Made by a program: the position numbers and the translations under genes. A stretch of DNA of 64,000 bases from Penicillus capitatus (lineage: Eukaryota > Plantae > Chlorophyta), in the NCBI GenBank assembly GCA_965649825.1, contig OZ287700.1, positions 1 through 64,000 on the forward strand, in the 5' to 3' direction. This document shows, in pieces, positions 12,831 to 25,317 of this stretch; within the stretch, counting starts at the first letter, position 1, and every line of letters starts with the position of its first letter. A model generated the notes under the pieces. The model was not told where the DNA came from. It searched no databases and was given only the letters and a program-made list of their open reading frames with translations.

Positions 12831-14582
12831 CACGGATTTTCTTCTTTTCTTTATTTATGAGTCTATCCCGTGATCAACTAACTGCATTTGATTCTTGATT
12901 TTATTGTCCAAAAGTCTTACCTCGTGCTGTACCAGTAGGAGGCATCGATTTATTGACTGTGTATATTAGGCATAGCTTTAGAAGTAATGCTCTGTTTTCA
13001 GTAATCCACTGTGTACGTTGAATCTGGATGCGGTTTTCGTTATCTGTCTCTTTTTGAATTCCTTCATAATATTTCTGAGAAGAGCTGACAGAATCAGTGA
13101 TCCATGTTTCAATAGATAAACGTGGGTCTCACTGCTGTGTGGCATTTGAATAAGCATTTTATGTCTAACACAACTGACAGCTTTTCAAAGTCCAAGAACA
13201 ACAATAATGGCAATAATCTTTCGGTGCATATAATAAATAACAGGGGACATGTCCTATCTTATGTTCGTCTTGCATGTACCGTCACATGTAACGTTCGTTC
13301 TCGATCAGCACAGCGCACACGAAGCAGATGATGTTCATCTGAGAAATTTGCGAATCTTCCAGCCGAACACGCTTGATCTGCGTATCGCACGTAATCAGTA
13401 GATCGGCGGACATCACTCCTCCCATCGTACACAAGGTCAGTTTCGTTTTCAGTATGTCGCAATCGACGCCAGCGCCAGAGAACGTCGCGATCGATGAGAC
13501 TCGCCGTCAGCGAGATGGGCCCGGCAATGATGGAAGTGTTCGTTTCTGAGCGTTTTGCATCCAGATCGCGAAGGATGCATTGACGTCTGTCGCTTTGGCT
13601 ACCAATTGATCTGGCGGGAAGACCTGTGCAACGTTCTCTCCAGCACTGGTGGAAGAGATCTAAAGCTCAGTGGCGAAAGGTACCAGCGGCCAACTACACA
13701 ACCAGCGACGCGTGGCGTTGTTGAAAAAGAAGCGACAGACAAGGCTGTGAACGTCGACCCGATGGCTGAGTCCAGACCGGATGGCGAGCCGCGCAGGGAA
13801 ACTCTGTCGGCAATGGCTATTTACATAGCTAGACAGATACAGCACGGCAGCTCCGTTTAAATACCCCGGATTAGGAGGGTCACATCATCACACATCGTCA
13901 CGCCTCTCGTCATGCGCGCTCCAGTGATGTTCTGCTGGCGTGGCGCCACAGGGACGGTTGGCGCGCCAGGAGCGACTCCTCGCCAGATGACTCGAGGCGG
14001 AACCAAGGACCCTTCACAGTCTCCAAGGTGTGCTTCCTTCAAGTAACAGGTCGGTGTAAGCGCAACGTCTATTGACGTCAGACGAACGTCAATCCCGCCG
14101 AGAAGAAGAGTCAGCGGCGGCAGAAGGAAGACAGCGCCCAGTGTCGTCTATGGGATGAGCAGAGAGCGAGTCTGAGCTGCGGCGTTGCAATGGTCCAAGC
14201 GAATTGGTCTCGTCTGATGCCGGCGTGGGAAATGAAGGTATGTGTCAGCTATATGATTTCTATATCATCCTGTTTTTTGCGTTAGGGAATGGCATCGTCC
14301 CAGTCGTGCAGAACAAGGGACAGAACCGCGTTCGCGTAAAGAAAAAGACGACATCCACCGATTGAGAGTTTCTTTAAGAACTGTCGACGTATGCTGCGGG
14401 ATGGATCGACCGTGGTGCACGTCTGAAGTGCTCTCGGGTGATGAAGACGCCAGCTTCTCTCAGTTGTCAGACGAATGATGTGTTCGACGTTATTAATTCG
14501 CCGACGTGACTTCTTAATTAAACCCACTTGTGCTGTTTCGAGTAACGTCACGCAAACGCCTCGTCAAACGCCAGCGGTGGAG

Positions 14583-15345
14583 ATGCCGGAGATAGAAGAA
14601 GAACCATTGCCAACAGAAGACGAGGGAGTAAACGCAAACCTCCGGACGAAGAACGGAACCAAAGGAACATGAATCGGAAGCAGAATCCGAAGCAGAGACA
14701 CCGGACGACGTCGAAGGCGAACCCGTGCCGTTCTCTTTGTTGTCGGACGACGTCGCCGCCTTTCTTAAAATCGAACCCATGGGGGACGAACCCGAGGGAC
14801 GTACGTCTACAGCAGATCCTCGAAACTTTGGCTCAACAGGAGAAGAAACGTAACGCCTACTCTGCTTTCAATCCGAGCGAGACACGGGCGTCCATGTAGT
14901 GAACGAGAATACCGAAAAGCTCAAGGAGAAACTCACAGAACTTGTCGATGCTCTGCCTGAAGAGGGACCCTCTCGCTCTTCCTCGAGTCGCCTAGCAGTG
15001 TGACGCTGTGTAGTTCTTGGGTGGACCGACCAATGACAACGCTTTCTCACAGATCCAAATGCCGTCTCTGAAAAACATGCCAAGTTATTCCGAGGGTCGA
15101 TCCAGTTCTTCGCAGGTCCGCATCGTTCGCGTCTTCAACAATGACACCGAATCCGATCAAAGTACGACAAGACTGTTCATGACCGAAGAGATTTACATTT
15201 CTGAACCTGTCGTCGTGTAGTGCTTGAAGAATGGTCGGCAAAATATGATGAACTCAATAAGCTTGTGTTTAAAGAGAAAGAAGCGACAGACAAGGCATAG
15301 GTTGCGGAAAGTGATCTGGATGAGATGATGTTCTGACTTGAGATG
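14583..15345 (+). pseudogene. Degraded acidic / coiled-coil protein gene fragment
   Basis: Acidic segments (MPEIEEEPLPTEDEG; TEPKEHESEAESEAETPDDVEGE; VLEEWSAKYDELNKLVFKEKEATDKA*VAESDLDEMMF*LEMR) interrupted by frameshifts and stops. Confidence 0.5.
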
Positions 15346-15505
15346 CGATCACTCGAACCGGGATTATCTGTAATCTTGCCCGATATCTGTGTGACTTCTA
15401 TTCTGATGTTGGGCCGCGAGACAGGCGTGACGCTCCGCATCGCGACGCAACGACAACAAAGCTGCTGACATCATGCTGATGTGACAGCAAATGATGTAGG
15501 CAGCA

Positions 15506-16490
15506 AACAAGGCATTGAGGGATCCTGTCATCCATCGTTGCAACAGCAGCTCTCATTGGAGGACAGGATCGAAATACAAGGCGCTTCTGGTCAGGAAGGG
15601 CACTTTCGTGAAGAGTGTCTAGGTCTATCCGACGTATGACTTTGCCTGTCCACTTGTGGATGCACTTGAAGGTATCACCCACACACTGAGAAGCAGCGAG
15701 TATGAAGACAGGTGATCTCTTTCACCGATGCTCGTGTCTAACGGTTGTGACGTCCAACAGAGGGGGGCAGTACAAATGGATTTTGCACGAACTGAAGTCC
15801 GTGGATGGGCAGCTGCCAAGCGTCGAGGTTATGGAGTTCTCCAGATCTGTATCTGATCAGAACCCTTTCCGAAATCCTTTACGTGCCACGCTCGACTGAA
15901 TCTGATCTACACCGTCCTTTCCAAGAGAAAGCTCCAATGGTTTGTGGACACTGGCCGTGTGGAAGGATGGAATGACCGAAGCTTTCCCACTGTCCAAGGA
16001 ATGCTGCGCCGAAGTTCAACACTGGAAGCACTGAAAGACAACATTGTCTCTCAGGGCGCCTCCAAAATATCGCCTTCCAAGAGTGGGACAAGATCTGGAC
16101 GATCAACAGGAAAGTGATCTATCCCGTCGTTCCTGCGGCATACAGCCATCGAGAACAAAGACAAGATCCGACGCACTATGGGTGCCCCTGAGGATGCAGA
16201 GTATCTCACCGTCCCACGGTGCGTGTGCTTAAAAAGCGCCTGTTGGAAGAGACGCGATTCCTTTCTAGGCACAAGAAGCATCCTCTTGCAGGAAAGAAGA
16301 TTCTGATGCAACAGACGAAGCTCTGGATAGATGGTGCTGAATGCCAATGCCGTTTCCAGGAGAGGAGATCACTCTCATGGACTGGGGAGACTGTATCATC
16401 GAAGAAAAGGGCGAAAAGACGATGATAGGCCGTCTGCATCTCGGAGGGGATCTGAAGAAAACCAAATGGAAGTGGACTTGGCTCCCCGCC
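15506..16490 (+). pseudogene. Cytosolic glutamyl-tRNA synthetase internal fragment, disabled
   Basis: NKALRDPVIHRCN..HWRTGSKYK|[60 protein letters not shown] and GEEITLMDWGD, spread over several frames with frameshifts; introns retained. Confidence 0.9.
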
Positions 16491-17439
16491 GCTGATGGTC
16501 ACACAACGCCAGATGACGATGGATCGACATATAGACGTCACCACACCTGGTAGGCGTTTATCATCGTCTGCAACGCACAAGAATAACAACAGGCGATTAC
16601 AAACGTCACATCCAGGCCGTCAAACATGGCTTGCAGGTATGACTTCAAAAACATCTAAATTTGATCAACCAAAAAATGTTTGAAATGTAAAGGATCTTGG
16701 TGCGTAAACAATAGAAGCTGTTCACAGGATGGTGCATAGTGATGAGCTATGGCTAGAAGTACGAACATCAGGGGCGGTGAAAGAGGGAGGTGTCCATCAT
16801 TTGTATTTCTACGAGCTGAGAAGATGGTGGAGGGGTGATCGATTAGAGGTTGACATCTCGAGTGCGGTGTCATGAAATCCGATCATCTTCCGAATACAAT
16901 TTCACTTTGCGAAGGACAGAAAGCTAACGGCAGTTGAAAAAAATCAGCTATGGAGAAACTAGCGGAATCAGCGCTTGGCAGTTGTTGTGTGTCCTTGTTG
17001 TGCATATGTCCGTTTGATATGATGATCAGAATATATCTGCGACCACTCTCTTGCTTGATCTGTGTGTCGTTCCATAGCCTTTCGCCTGTCCCATCAGAAT
17101 CTCGTGTTGACGGGCAAATCTGTCCTTAACTGTGACTTGAGTGTTCCATCAGCAGCGTACCACAAAGCTCCTGCAGGTAATTTATGCGAGAAAGAGTGAG
17201 GCAAATAGAAATGATGTCGGACCGATCATACCGATGAGCAATCCGGCCACATTAAACCATGAGAAAACAAAATGACTGAAAGGATGGCGCCTAAAGTCGT
17301 CGAGATGATCTTCTTCATCTGCCCAGCTACCACAGTCATGATTGGTGCATTTACTCTGGTGCAAGGGAACGTTGAATGGTGTATCGTAATGCCAAGTGTG
17401 GCTGTGCCTGACAGGATCACCTGCCTAGCCATCAAGGAT

Positions 17440-17552
17440 CCATCCAGACGACGAGGTTCATCGCATAGATAGATGCCTTGCCAGAAATCCAGGAAAGTTC
17501 CACGACGTATGCTCATGCAACCGTCGTGGCTCTCCCGACGCAAAGAACCCAA
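17440..17552 (-). pseudogene. UPF0047/YjbQ-family C-terminal fragment
   Basis: SIRRGTFLDFWQGIYLCDEPRR resembles the YjbQ motif L.LGTWQGIYLCEHR; no intact upstream part seen. Confidence 0.45.
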
Positions 17553-18443
17553 ATATCAACATGAAAATGGAAAGAGCGCTGTTCTGGAATATGACCTCTG
17601 TTGCACACAGTTGCCGACCTCATCGGCAAAGGGTGATTTTATGGAACGATGCCCACCAACAGTGCTCGTATCTGAGTGTTTGTTAAGAGGTCACACATTT
17701 GGCATGGCGTAGAAGAGTGAGAAAAAGAGTAACAAACATACAGCGCGACCTCTGTCAAATTTCTTGCCATCTGGATCTTTTTCTATGATGGCGAATGTCT
17801 TGTCGAGAAGACACTCGCCTCGCGCTTCGTCTTCTCACGGACAACGGTCAGAACTCTCACGGACACGGTACAGACGACGGATACGGGCTCAGAAAACTAG
17901 GTCGGATAGTCAAGACTCTCTAAACTGAACGGCGCACGACTTCCGAGGCAGTCGACGGATCTCTGATAAAACGGATCTGCAGCGGCCTTCGACACCAGCG
18001 CTCCAAACGCGACCCCAAGAGCGACCTGCTCCGAAACCAGTTGTTAGGACCGATAGGGTCGGCGATTGGTCCGAGCGCTTAGAGGCCGCGATGCGAGAAG
18101 AGCCAGACGGGTATTCTTACAGGACGATCGGTACGTTGTTTTATAGGTAAACGTCCCGTCATTCGACAGTGACGTTTCTTGATCCAACAGACGGATCATT
18201 CGATCGTGAAAGTTAAACGTCATATCACCTACTGTCATTTAACTCTTGTTCGGCAGTGCGTCGTTTCATCGTTGGAAGAGACGGAGATTCGCGAGGTCGC
18301 CGAAGTTGAAATTATAGGAGAGGTGCATGGGTTCGAAACGGTCGATGCGGACTCGCCGCCGGCAAAAGTGAGCGGCGGATTGCCATCACCGAGGGCGGGT
18401 ATTTATTCAGGTGTCGCGCCGAACTTACCAGATATCGAGTGAA

Positions 18444-19024
18444 ATGGCAAACCAGGCGAACCAGGCGAACAATGAGAGAATCACGCCTAGACAGACATTC
18501 GCGTTGACAAGGGAGATAACGACCAACGCCGAAGTACATACTTTTTTCTATACCATGATAACCGAGCATGGATTGCGTCTGTCGCAAATCTCTCGATTTC
18601 TTTCTAGTCGTGAAGCGAGTTTTGAAGAACCATGTAAGTGTCTACATTTCTGCTCTCTTTTTTCTACGGTCTGGTTTTAGTTCGTGGCGGCAGTGGTGGC
18701 AGTGGTGGTGGTCCCTCGAATCATGTAGAAGCCGAGCCCAGACAGACGCTCACACAGTCGTATGAGATGGCCACGGCGGCGACGATAGACAGTCTCGTCG
18801 ACAGACTTGCAAGAATCAAAGTTGAAATGGATCTGAGGCTGGAAAACGGCGACACGACGATTGAAATAAACCGTCCGATACTGGAGGCCATGCAGACCGT
18901 AATGAATAGTGTCAGGCAAGAAGACGAGACTATCAAAGCTAAAACTGTAAAAGTGGACGGAAGTATCGCGAATATTAGGGCATCAATTGAGACATTTTTC
19001 AAAGACGTCGGCTTGTATTTTTAA
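18444..19024 (+). CDS. Orphan helical protein, paralog of 10204-10657; exons 18444-18633 and 18681-19024
   Basis: GTAAGT...TTTAG phase-1 intron with both exons open. Contains LTQSYEMATAATIDSLVDRLARIKVEMDLRLENGDTTIEINRPIL. Confidence 0.7.
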
Positions 19025-19154
19025 AGGTCATTTTGCTGCTGGAGTGTCTCAGTTCGTGATAGCAAGTGAATCATCGGCATCGGATTCGAGCTCGCGCTGG
19101 CGCTCATCCTCTCGAGAACGTCGACATCGTTCTCGCTGAGGCGAACGCGCACGT

Positions 19155-19263
19155 CTTATACTTCCGCTTGCGATTCAGCATCACCTTCGCCCGTCCCAGG
19201 TTTGATTGTTTGTGGATCAATTCGACAGGCGAGGGGATGCATTGTCGCAAGCGGAAGTATAAG
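19155..19263. ncRNA. Long fold-back hairpin (pre-miRNA-like or MITE relic)
   Basis: 19-bp perfect inverted repeat (19155-19173 / 19245-19263), followed inward by GCATCACCTTCGCCCGTC/GACAGGCGAGGGGATGC and TTGATT/GATCAA stems. Confidence 0.5.
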
Positions 19264-20130
19264 GTCATATACTCAGCTACACAATGTGGTAGCTACGTTA
19301 GGCATTTTCGCAGAAGAATGTCTGACGGCCACATCGTACTTGTGAGACTGACCTGACCTGGAATTGTTGAAAGTGTTCACCGTTTTCGACGATCAACCCA
19401 GAGATTCGAACTTCGTTCTCTGACATCTCGGGTGCAGAATACCAGCGACTTACTGTTTGACTGATGTCAAAGGTCAGATCCCGGAATCGTTGTCACAGTC
19501 TCTTAAAGGTCTATCGATCGGCTGCGATGTCCCTTTGAGCACAGTTGTTTATCTTCGTTAAGAGAACCGCTTTTGGACGAATGCACTAAGGTTAATGTAA
19601 TGCCGAGATACATACATTCCTTCGCAAAGATGTCTGGATATTGGGATGCAGCTTAGAATGATCACTAAGTCCAACCGAATGGAGGAGTTCGGATTTCACA
19701 GTGAAAAAGGTGAAGACATTCCTGAACTCTGGATACATGCCACGTACTCATTCCCACAACAAGGGTGAATCAGGTGACTTCGATATGAAATGTTACTTAC
19801 TGGATGACAGAAAGAGTGAGAATGTCGATATTGTCATCAAAAACAGACGATGTTGACATGCCACATCTATTTAGGTCTCGGCCCTAAGGGTTTCCTCGGG
19901 CAATGCAGAGCATTCGTGAATAATCAATGTTCGACAACGAACAGAATGGTCCTAACCTCTCTACTCTTGCATACAGGAAACTAATCGTTCAGATTCCGCG
20001 TTCGCCTGATCTGAATGTCTGACAAGTACTCGTCAGAATATGGAGGCATTGTGGCAATGAACTCAGTAAAGGGCAAACAGTTGTCCTAGTGGATGGAATG
20101 TTTCATGTGAAGTGCTTCGTTAAACGCCCT

Positions 20131-20460
20131 TCATGGAGGCAGGAGTCTTTCCAATGAGATTTGTCTCGATTCAGAACAGTCGGGAATAATTCGAAAACAG
20201 ATAACATCGAAAGGCGTTTCTCCATCATCGTTGATCACCGTTTTCGATGCTCCGGCATTCAGCAGAATCTGCAACGCAACGTTAAACTTTGTGGTGGCAC
20301 CTTTGACTTGCCTTTGCGATATTTGGATGATTATGCAGTGCTGCAAAGTGAAGAGGAGTGTTTCCATCGTTATCAACTGCATTAAGATCGGCATCTTCAT
20401 CAAGCAACAACTTGAATCGGCAAAGAGGAAAAGAAGGCAAACGAACGGGAAGAATGCACC
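20131..20460 (-). pseudogene. Ankyrin-repeat protein, 3' part; 5' part appears frameshifted
   Basis: LLLDEDADLNAVDNDGNTPLHFAALHNHPNIAK|ILLNAGASKTVINDDGETPFDVIC, joined by a GC-AG intron at 20311-20269. Confidence 0.75.
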
Positions 20461-21372
20461 TTCGCAGGGAGGCGACATCCTCGACACTGTGCCCAACAAC
20501 TGGAGCATCCTTTGCTATCTACAGAACTCTCAAAGTAAAGGAGTCTGTGATGCGATGCGTCCGCGGAGAACCTCTGCTTGCAACAGACGGTTGAGAGGGG
20601 CAACACTGGAACGGTCGAGCGCCGATCGCATCTGGACGATCGAGGATGGGGAGATCCATTCCTGACGGTGGTATCTCTCAATCTCCTCGTTGAAGACATT
20701 CGGAGAACTCAGCGACGGACATCGCCGCACGGGCGATCCCAACAAAGCCGGCATCAATCTGGCACGACACAAGGTCATTCAGTGAACTGCAGAACTGTCA
20801 CCAGAGGCACACACTGTTCTGTTTCGTCTGTGACGGGTCGCAGTTCAACGGTGTCCATGACGTTTCTGCAATCCGTCCATAAACACGCAGCCTCTGCCGA
20901 AATCAATGGACTGTTTGATTTGAGGCTGACCTCGTCATCGCCCTCGTCCTTCTGCGAATGACGACGTAGTCTTAAGTGTCTAATGCAAACTCGGCCGTGA
21001 GTAGAAGCGAGGGTGGCTAAATTGAGCATAACAAGGTCTCATCAAGAGGATGGCCCGTATTCTTGGTGTTGACAGAAGGAACCTAGCAATCGAATCGATG
21101 CGTCGGCTCCTTTCAACGAAGCGCGTGTTTACTGTCTCCGTCGACGTGGTCAAGAGAGACGCTGTGCAAAGAAGCATAAAACGATGCAGGACACGCGATC
21201 CATGGATACCAGCCTCATGTTCGCTTGAATTGCAGCAGATGAAAAGCCATCGTTGTTACACTCTTCAGCGAGAAAAACGATATACCATTCAACAGGAACG
21301 GTTTCTCTCTTAATTCGATACTATTCACAGCTTCCGCCTTCGATTCTCTGTCCTTGGACTCCAATCCATCTC

Positions 21373-21759
21373 CTACTCTCCTTTCTTCTTGAGACCGCGT
21401 TCGGCAGCCAGATCGTCGTATGGCAGTTGTCTGGGTATAACATGGGCACGCGAGGCTGGATCGTACCAGTCCACAATGGCATATCCGATGATAAACAGAG
21501 ACATGGATGCTGCAAAGCTGGCTATGGCTTTCAGAGGTGTGACGCGTCCGTAATCTGTCACCCCACAGTCGTCCAACACGCGTTCCGGGTGCGCAGTTCC
21601 GTCATACCAGAATTCGTCGTCTTCCAGTATCAAGGGCTTTGTTGGAGGAACTTCGGGAGGCGGCTGGTGACCAACAGTACCTCCACGGACGGGCAGTGCC
21701 CAACGAGCAGCAGAGAGACGACTGGCGAGTGAACGCAGATTTCCGATGCGTAGTGCCAT
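21373..21759 (-). CDS. NDUFB8: NADH:ubiquinone oxidoreductase subunit B8 (ASHI), plant/algal type
   Basis: Presequence-like N-terminus, PTKPLILEDDEFWYDGTAHPERVLD, one TM helix and PRQLPYDDL, matching plant NDUFB8 motifs. Single exon, intact. Confidence 0.85.
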   Translation of the reverse strand: MALRIGNLRSLASRLSAARWALPVRGGTVGHQPPPEVPPTKPLILEDDEFWYDGTAHPERVLDDCGVTDYGRVTPLKAIASFAASMSLFIIGYAIVDWYDPASRAHVIPRQLPYDDLAAERGLKKKGE

Positions 21760-22531
21760 GATGAACAAAATGGTAACGACGATGACGACGATGTCAATCC
21801 AACACGATGGCATTTGCTAACGGACCGCATCTTTGGCGTGATCTTACAGGCAGAGAACTGTTCGGACAATTTCAGAGAGCTGACTGACGATCCTCTGCGC
21901 TTTCTTGGGCAGCTTCGTGGTCGAGGTTCATCTGCGTCCTACAACGGTAATGGTAGGACAGTGTCCTCAAGAGATTCTGCAACTGAGGCGTCTCACAGAC
22001 CCTGTAAGTCACGTCTCAGCCATCCATCGATAGATCTTTCATAGTTCGAGCTTACTGTTTTACGATGTTCTTTGGAATTTCATCCGTACCCAGTCCATCC
22101 TTTGTCAGGAGGCGCAACATATACTCTTCCTCCGACCTCAGAGCACCTGGCAGAAGAAAAGTCTCATGAGTTCCGTTTCACTTGGAGACATGGCTCTCAC
22201 TCTTTGCGGTCGATTTCTCTCTATCCAGTGGATCCAGCAACGACAGCGGAGAGATATGAGATGCACTCATGAAGGGGAGAGGGATCACACTTCCTCCGTA
22301 GAAGGTACTCCAGATCTTTTCCTTTTTCCTCTGAATCTCGTCTGGAAGACGTGCCTAGTCGAGTCGCGCATTCGAGGAAACCGCAGAGCATTGATGCTTT
22401 GATGGACATACTTTCTTTCCTCCGTCTGCCTCTTCTTGCTTCATGGCATTGAGGGCAGTTATGTATTCACCTCGTTCATCATCACTCAGAGCAGAACGCG
22501 TCCCCAAACTTCCTGTTGCGGAAAGAGTGTC

Positions 22532-24030
22532 TTACAGGGGAGGTCCAGTGAGAGGACTACCCGCAAAGGAATTCATCAACGTTCCGTCCTCTATGCGTGA
22601 ACCCATTGGCACAACACTGTTGTCTTGGTCGGACAGTGCAACTGTGCTTCCTGGCGTTCCAGATCTGAATCCGCCCTCGGATGGCCGTTTCATAGTCCTT
22701 TGTGTATGCAATACACATCTGAGTGTCCCTCGCCGTTCCCACGGTCCATTCTCAGCTGCAAAACGCAAGAAACACGGATCACTCAGTTTTGGAGATCTGC
22801 GAAGAAATCTTTCTACTGGAAACGGGTACGCTCTCTGGCATTGCTAACTGGCTTTGCTGCCTGCTCTTGGATCTTATGGTGCCGATCTTTTGCATCATCA
22901 GATTGTCGCGACATGCAGCAATCAATGGAAGGAGTCCTGACTTTGCATCAGCAGGAAAGCGGACGATGAATCGATGCTGCATTAAATGCTTCGCAGACGG
23001 TCGTCGATTGGGATCCTAACGCCACAAGAAGATCCGTTCCACTGCTCTTGGAATTGTAAGAAACTCTAAGTAGTGCTTGTTCGAAGAAGTTATGGAAAGT
23101 GGCAGACCACTTGTCCGTTTCGGCAAGTGATGGCGGTGCTTCCTTGGAGATCATAAAAATAACGCGCATCGGATGGACATTGAATCGCGGGGGCACAATC
23201 TCGGCCATCTCTATTGCTGAGATACCCAGTGCCCAGACATCTACCTGGAAACGCAGCACAGAAGAACAGATTCTGTGGCTCTTTTCATCAGAATCTTTAT
23301 TTTTCCATCATAGCGATCGTGTTGAATCGCCTCAGGCGACATCCAATGAGGCGTCCCAATGAACGTGTTTTGCTTTGTCAATGTACTGGCTAACCTGCTG
23401 CCACTCCAAAATCTGCCAACTTGATCCCCTCCTATCAGGCGCTGCACAGATGGAAAGAATTTGCCGAAGATGAACTTTATACCCTTTGTTAACAGGATGT
23501 TCCCACACTTGATGTCTCGATGGACACTTCCTTTTTAATGCAGAAACTCGAGTCCCTGTCCAAAGAACGTCAGACCACACGTCAGTGCTTTCTGGATGAA
23601 AGCAATGCGTTGACCTTCAATGTCTCAGCACAAATGTACTGTATGAATTTTCCTTCTAGACTGGCATTCAGTGTCTTCACGATATTTGAGACACTTCCAC
23701 CTCCACAATACTCCGTCACAATTCACAGACTGTTACGTGTCACCAGCTTCCCTAATGCAGAGCATTACATGCGCCTCATTCTTTGCCTTCGGGAGAAGAG
23801 AGAGGCCACACAAAGTACTGCACAATGTTGGGATGTCTGCACTTCTGTAGCGTTCCAATTTCTCTTTGGATTAGGGTGCAGCTTTCCTCTTCGGACTTTG
23901 AAAGGGGTATAATTTTAACGGCGTAGATTTCATTCGTCTCATTGTGCACAGCGCGATAGACTGTTCCACAAGAATACTGACCCAATTGCTGAAGCAATTC
24001 AAACTTGAGAGTGGGATCATCCTTCAGCAC
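22532..24030 (-). pseudogene. STE20/MAP4K (SIK1-like) kinase pseudogene
   Basis: DDPTLKFELLQQLG, HRDIKCGNILL, FIGTPHWMSPE and VDVWALGISAIEMAE are present. Lesions: TGA at 23725-23723, TAA at 23537-23535, frameshifts near GSW and DFGVAA, and a donor GT>AT at 23300. 3' extent uncertain. Confidence 0.88.
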
Positions 24031-24249
24031 TGCAAACAGGAGCGCGTCAAAATGATAATATAGGACAAGGCGTGCCTTTTGCCTTCGAGTTCGGTGTTAT
24101 AGAAAGCTGGCGAATACATGAGGGCACTCGCTGTTTGTACGACAAGTCTTTCGATTCCGCCACTATGTTGCGATTACTGTTTTGTCTTCTCGTGTCTTTC
24201 TCCTGGATGCGCTGATTGGCAATGTCTCATCGGTTTTGCGGCATTGCGC

Positions 24250-25317
24250 AGAGGCGAGGAAAGCGCGATCAGGCACCGCCTTAAACAAACAGAGGTTAAG
24301 CAAGTGGTTTCAGATGAAGGAGTCTCTTTGCACAGTCTAATGTACACGGCACAAGAGGGCGATGGGTTCCAAATTGTGCAGCCCAGTAGCTGGTGGCATG
24401 AGTTGAGACAAAGCAAACAGAATATGGAATTCGAACGACGGCTGATCTATCAGTTATTGAAGGCTGTGCGTCTGCTGCATTGGCACAATGACACACACCG
24501 GTACTCCTCGATAGTGGCTTCCAATCGCCAACACCATGCGATTACTTCAGAGACCTCAAGCACGAGAATGTGTTGATAGAGGGAGAATCCGCACCCGATC
24601 CACTGAACTTTAGCATACGATTGATTGATTTTGGATCGGCCATCGATGAATTCTCCATAAGGAATTGCTATGAAAAGCACGGCCATCAGCGAAAGAGAAA
24701 TCCAGGGAGTATGCACCACCAGAGGCTCTGTTTGGCACGTCGATTACACGTTATATGTTTCATGTCAGAATTCATTTACTGCTGCAGGTTGGTCTATCAT
24801 CCAGAGCTGGCTTCGCATTATTTTGCCTGCGATATGTGGAGCATCGCCGTTCTGTGGCTTGAGTTTATCTTTGGAACACCGTATGTGTTTGACTTGCCAA
24901 CAAGAACCCAGAAACTTATTAAGAGGGATTTTCAGACCTTCAACATGAAAGATGAAGACATCGAAACGGCCTTTCTTCTTAGATCAATGATGGAATTCTG
25001 CATCTACCCGGCAAGAAGCTTCATGGACACAGGTCTCTCTCTTGCCGCCACTGGCGCTGTTCATCACGCGTGATGATGGTGCAGAGAGAGACAGAGTGGC
25101 CGAAGTGTCTGCGGATCCGGGAGAAATGTCGTTGACGGCATGGACATGCACAGAACAAGCGATGTTTGAATTGTTGAGAAAGAGAGACATGCACTCCATT
25201 GGTGTGGGATCGATGGCCGGCCTCAGACTCTTGATGTCATTGTTGGCATGGAATCCTTACGATCGCCAAACAGCAAGAAAAGCATTGCAGAGCAAAATGT
25301 TCACAAACATGGATTAA
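24250..25317 (+). pseudogene. At3g63330-like (PP2C-associated) kinase C-terminal fragment, frameshifted
   Basis: DEGVSLHSLMY, SSWWHELRQS, HRDLKHENV, IRLIDFGSAID, EYAPPEALF (after a 1-nt frameshift) and DMWSIAVLWLEFIFG; N-terminus absent. Confidence 0.7.

Noticed and set aside
19410-19560. Minus-strand RWYSAPE / QRDIA resembling a CMGC kinase
   Set aside because: Too short and out of register; cannot be distinguished from chance.
15298-23537. Alternative genetic code (TAA/TAG = Gln, as in some ulvophytes) to explain in-frame stops
   Set aside because: Intact genes end in TAG/TAA, the 1415-codon ORF has no TAR codons, and the same loci also carry TGA stops and frameshifts, so they are pseudogenes.
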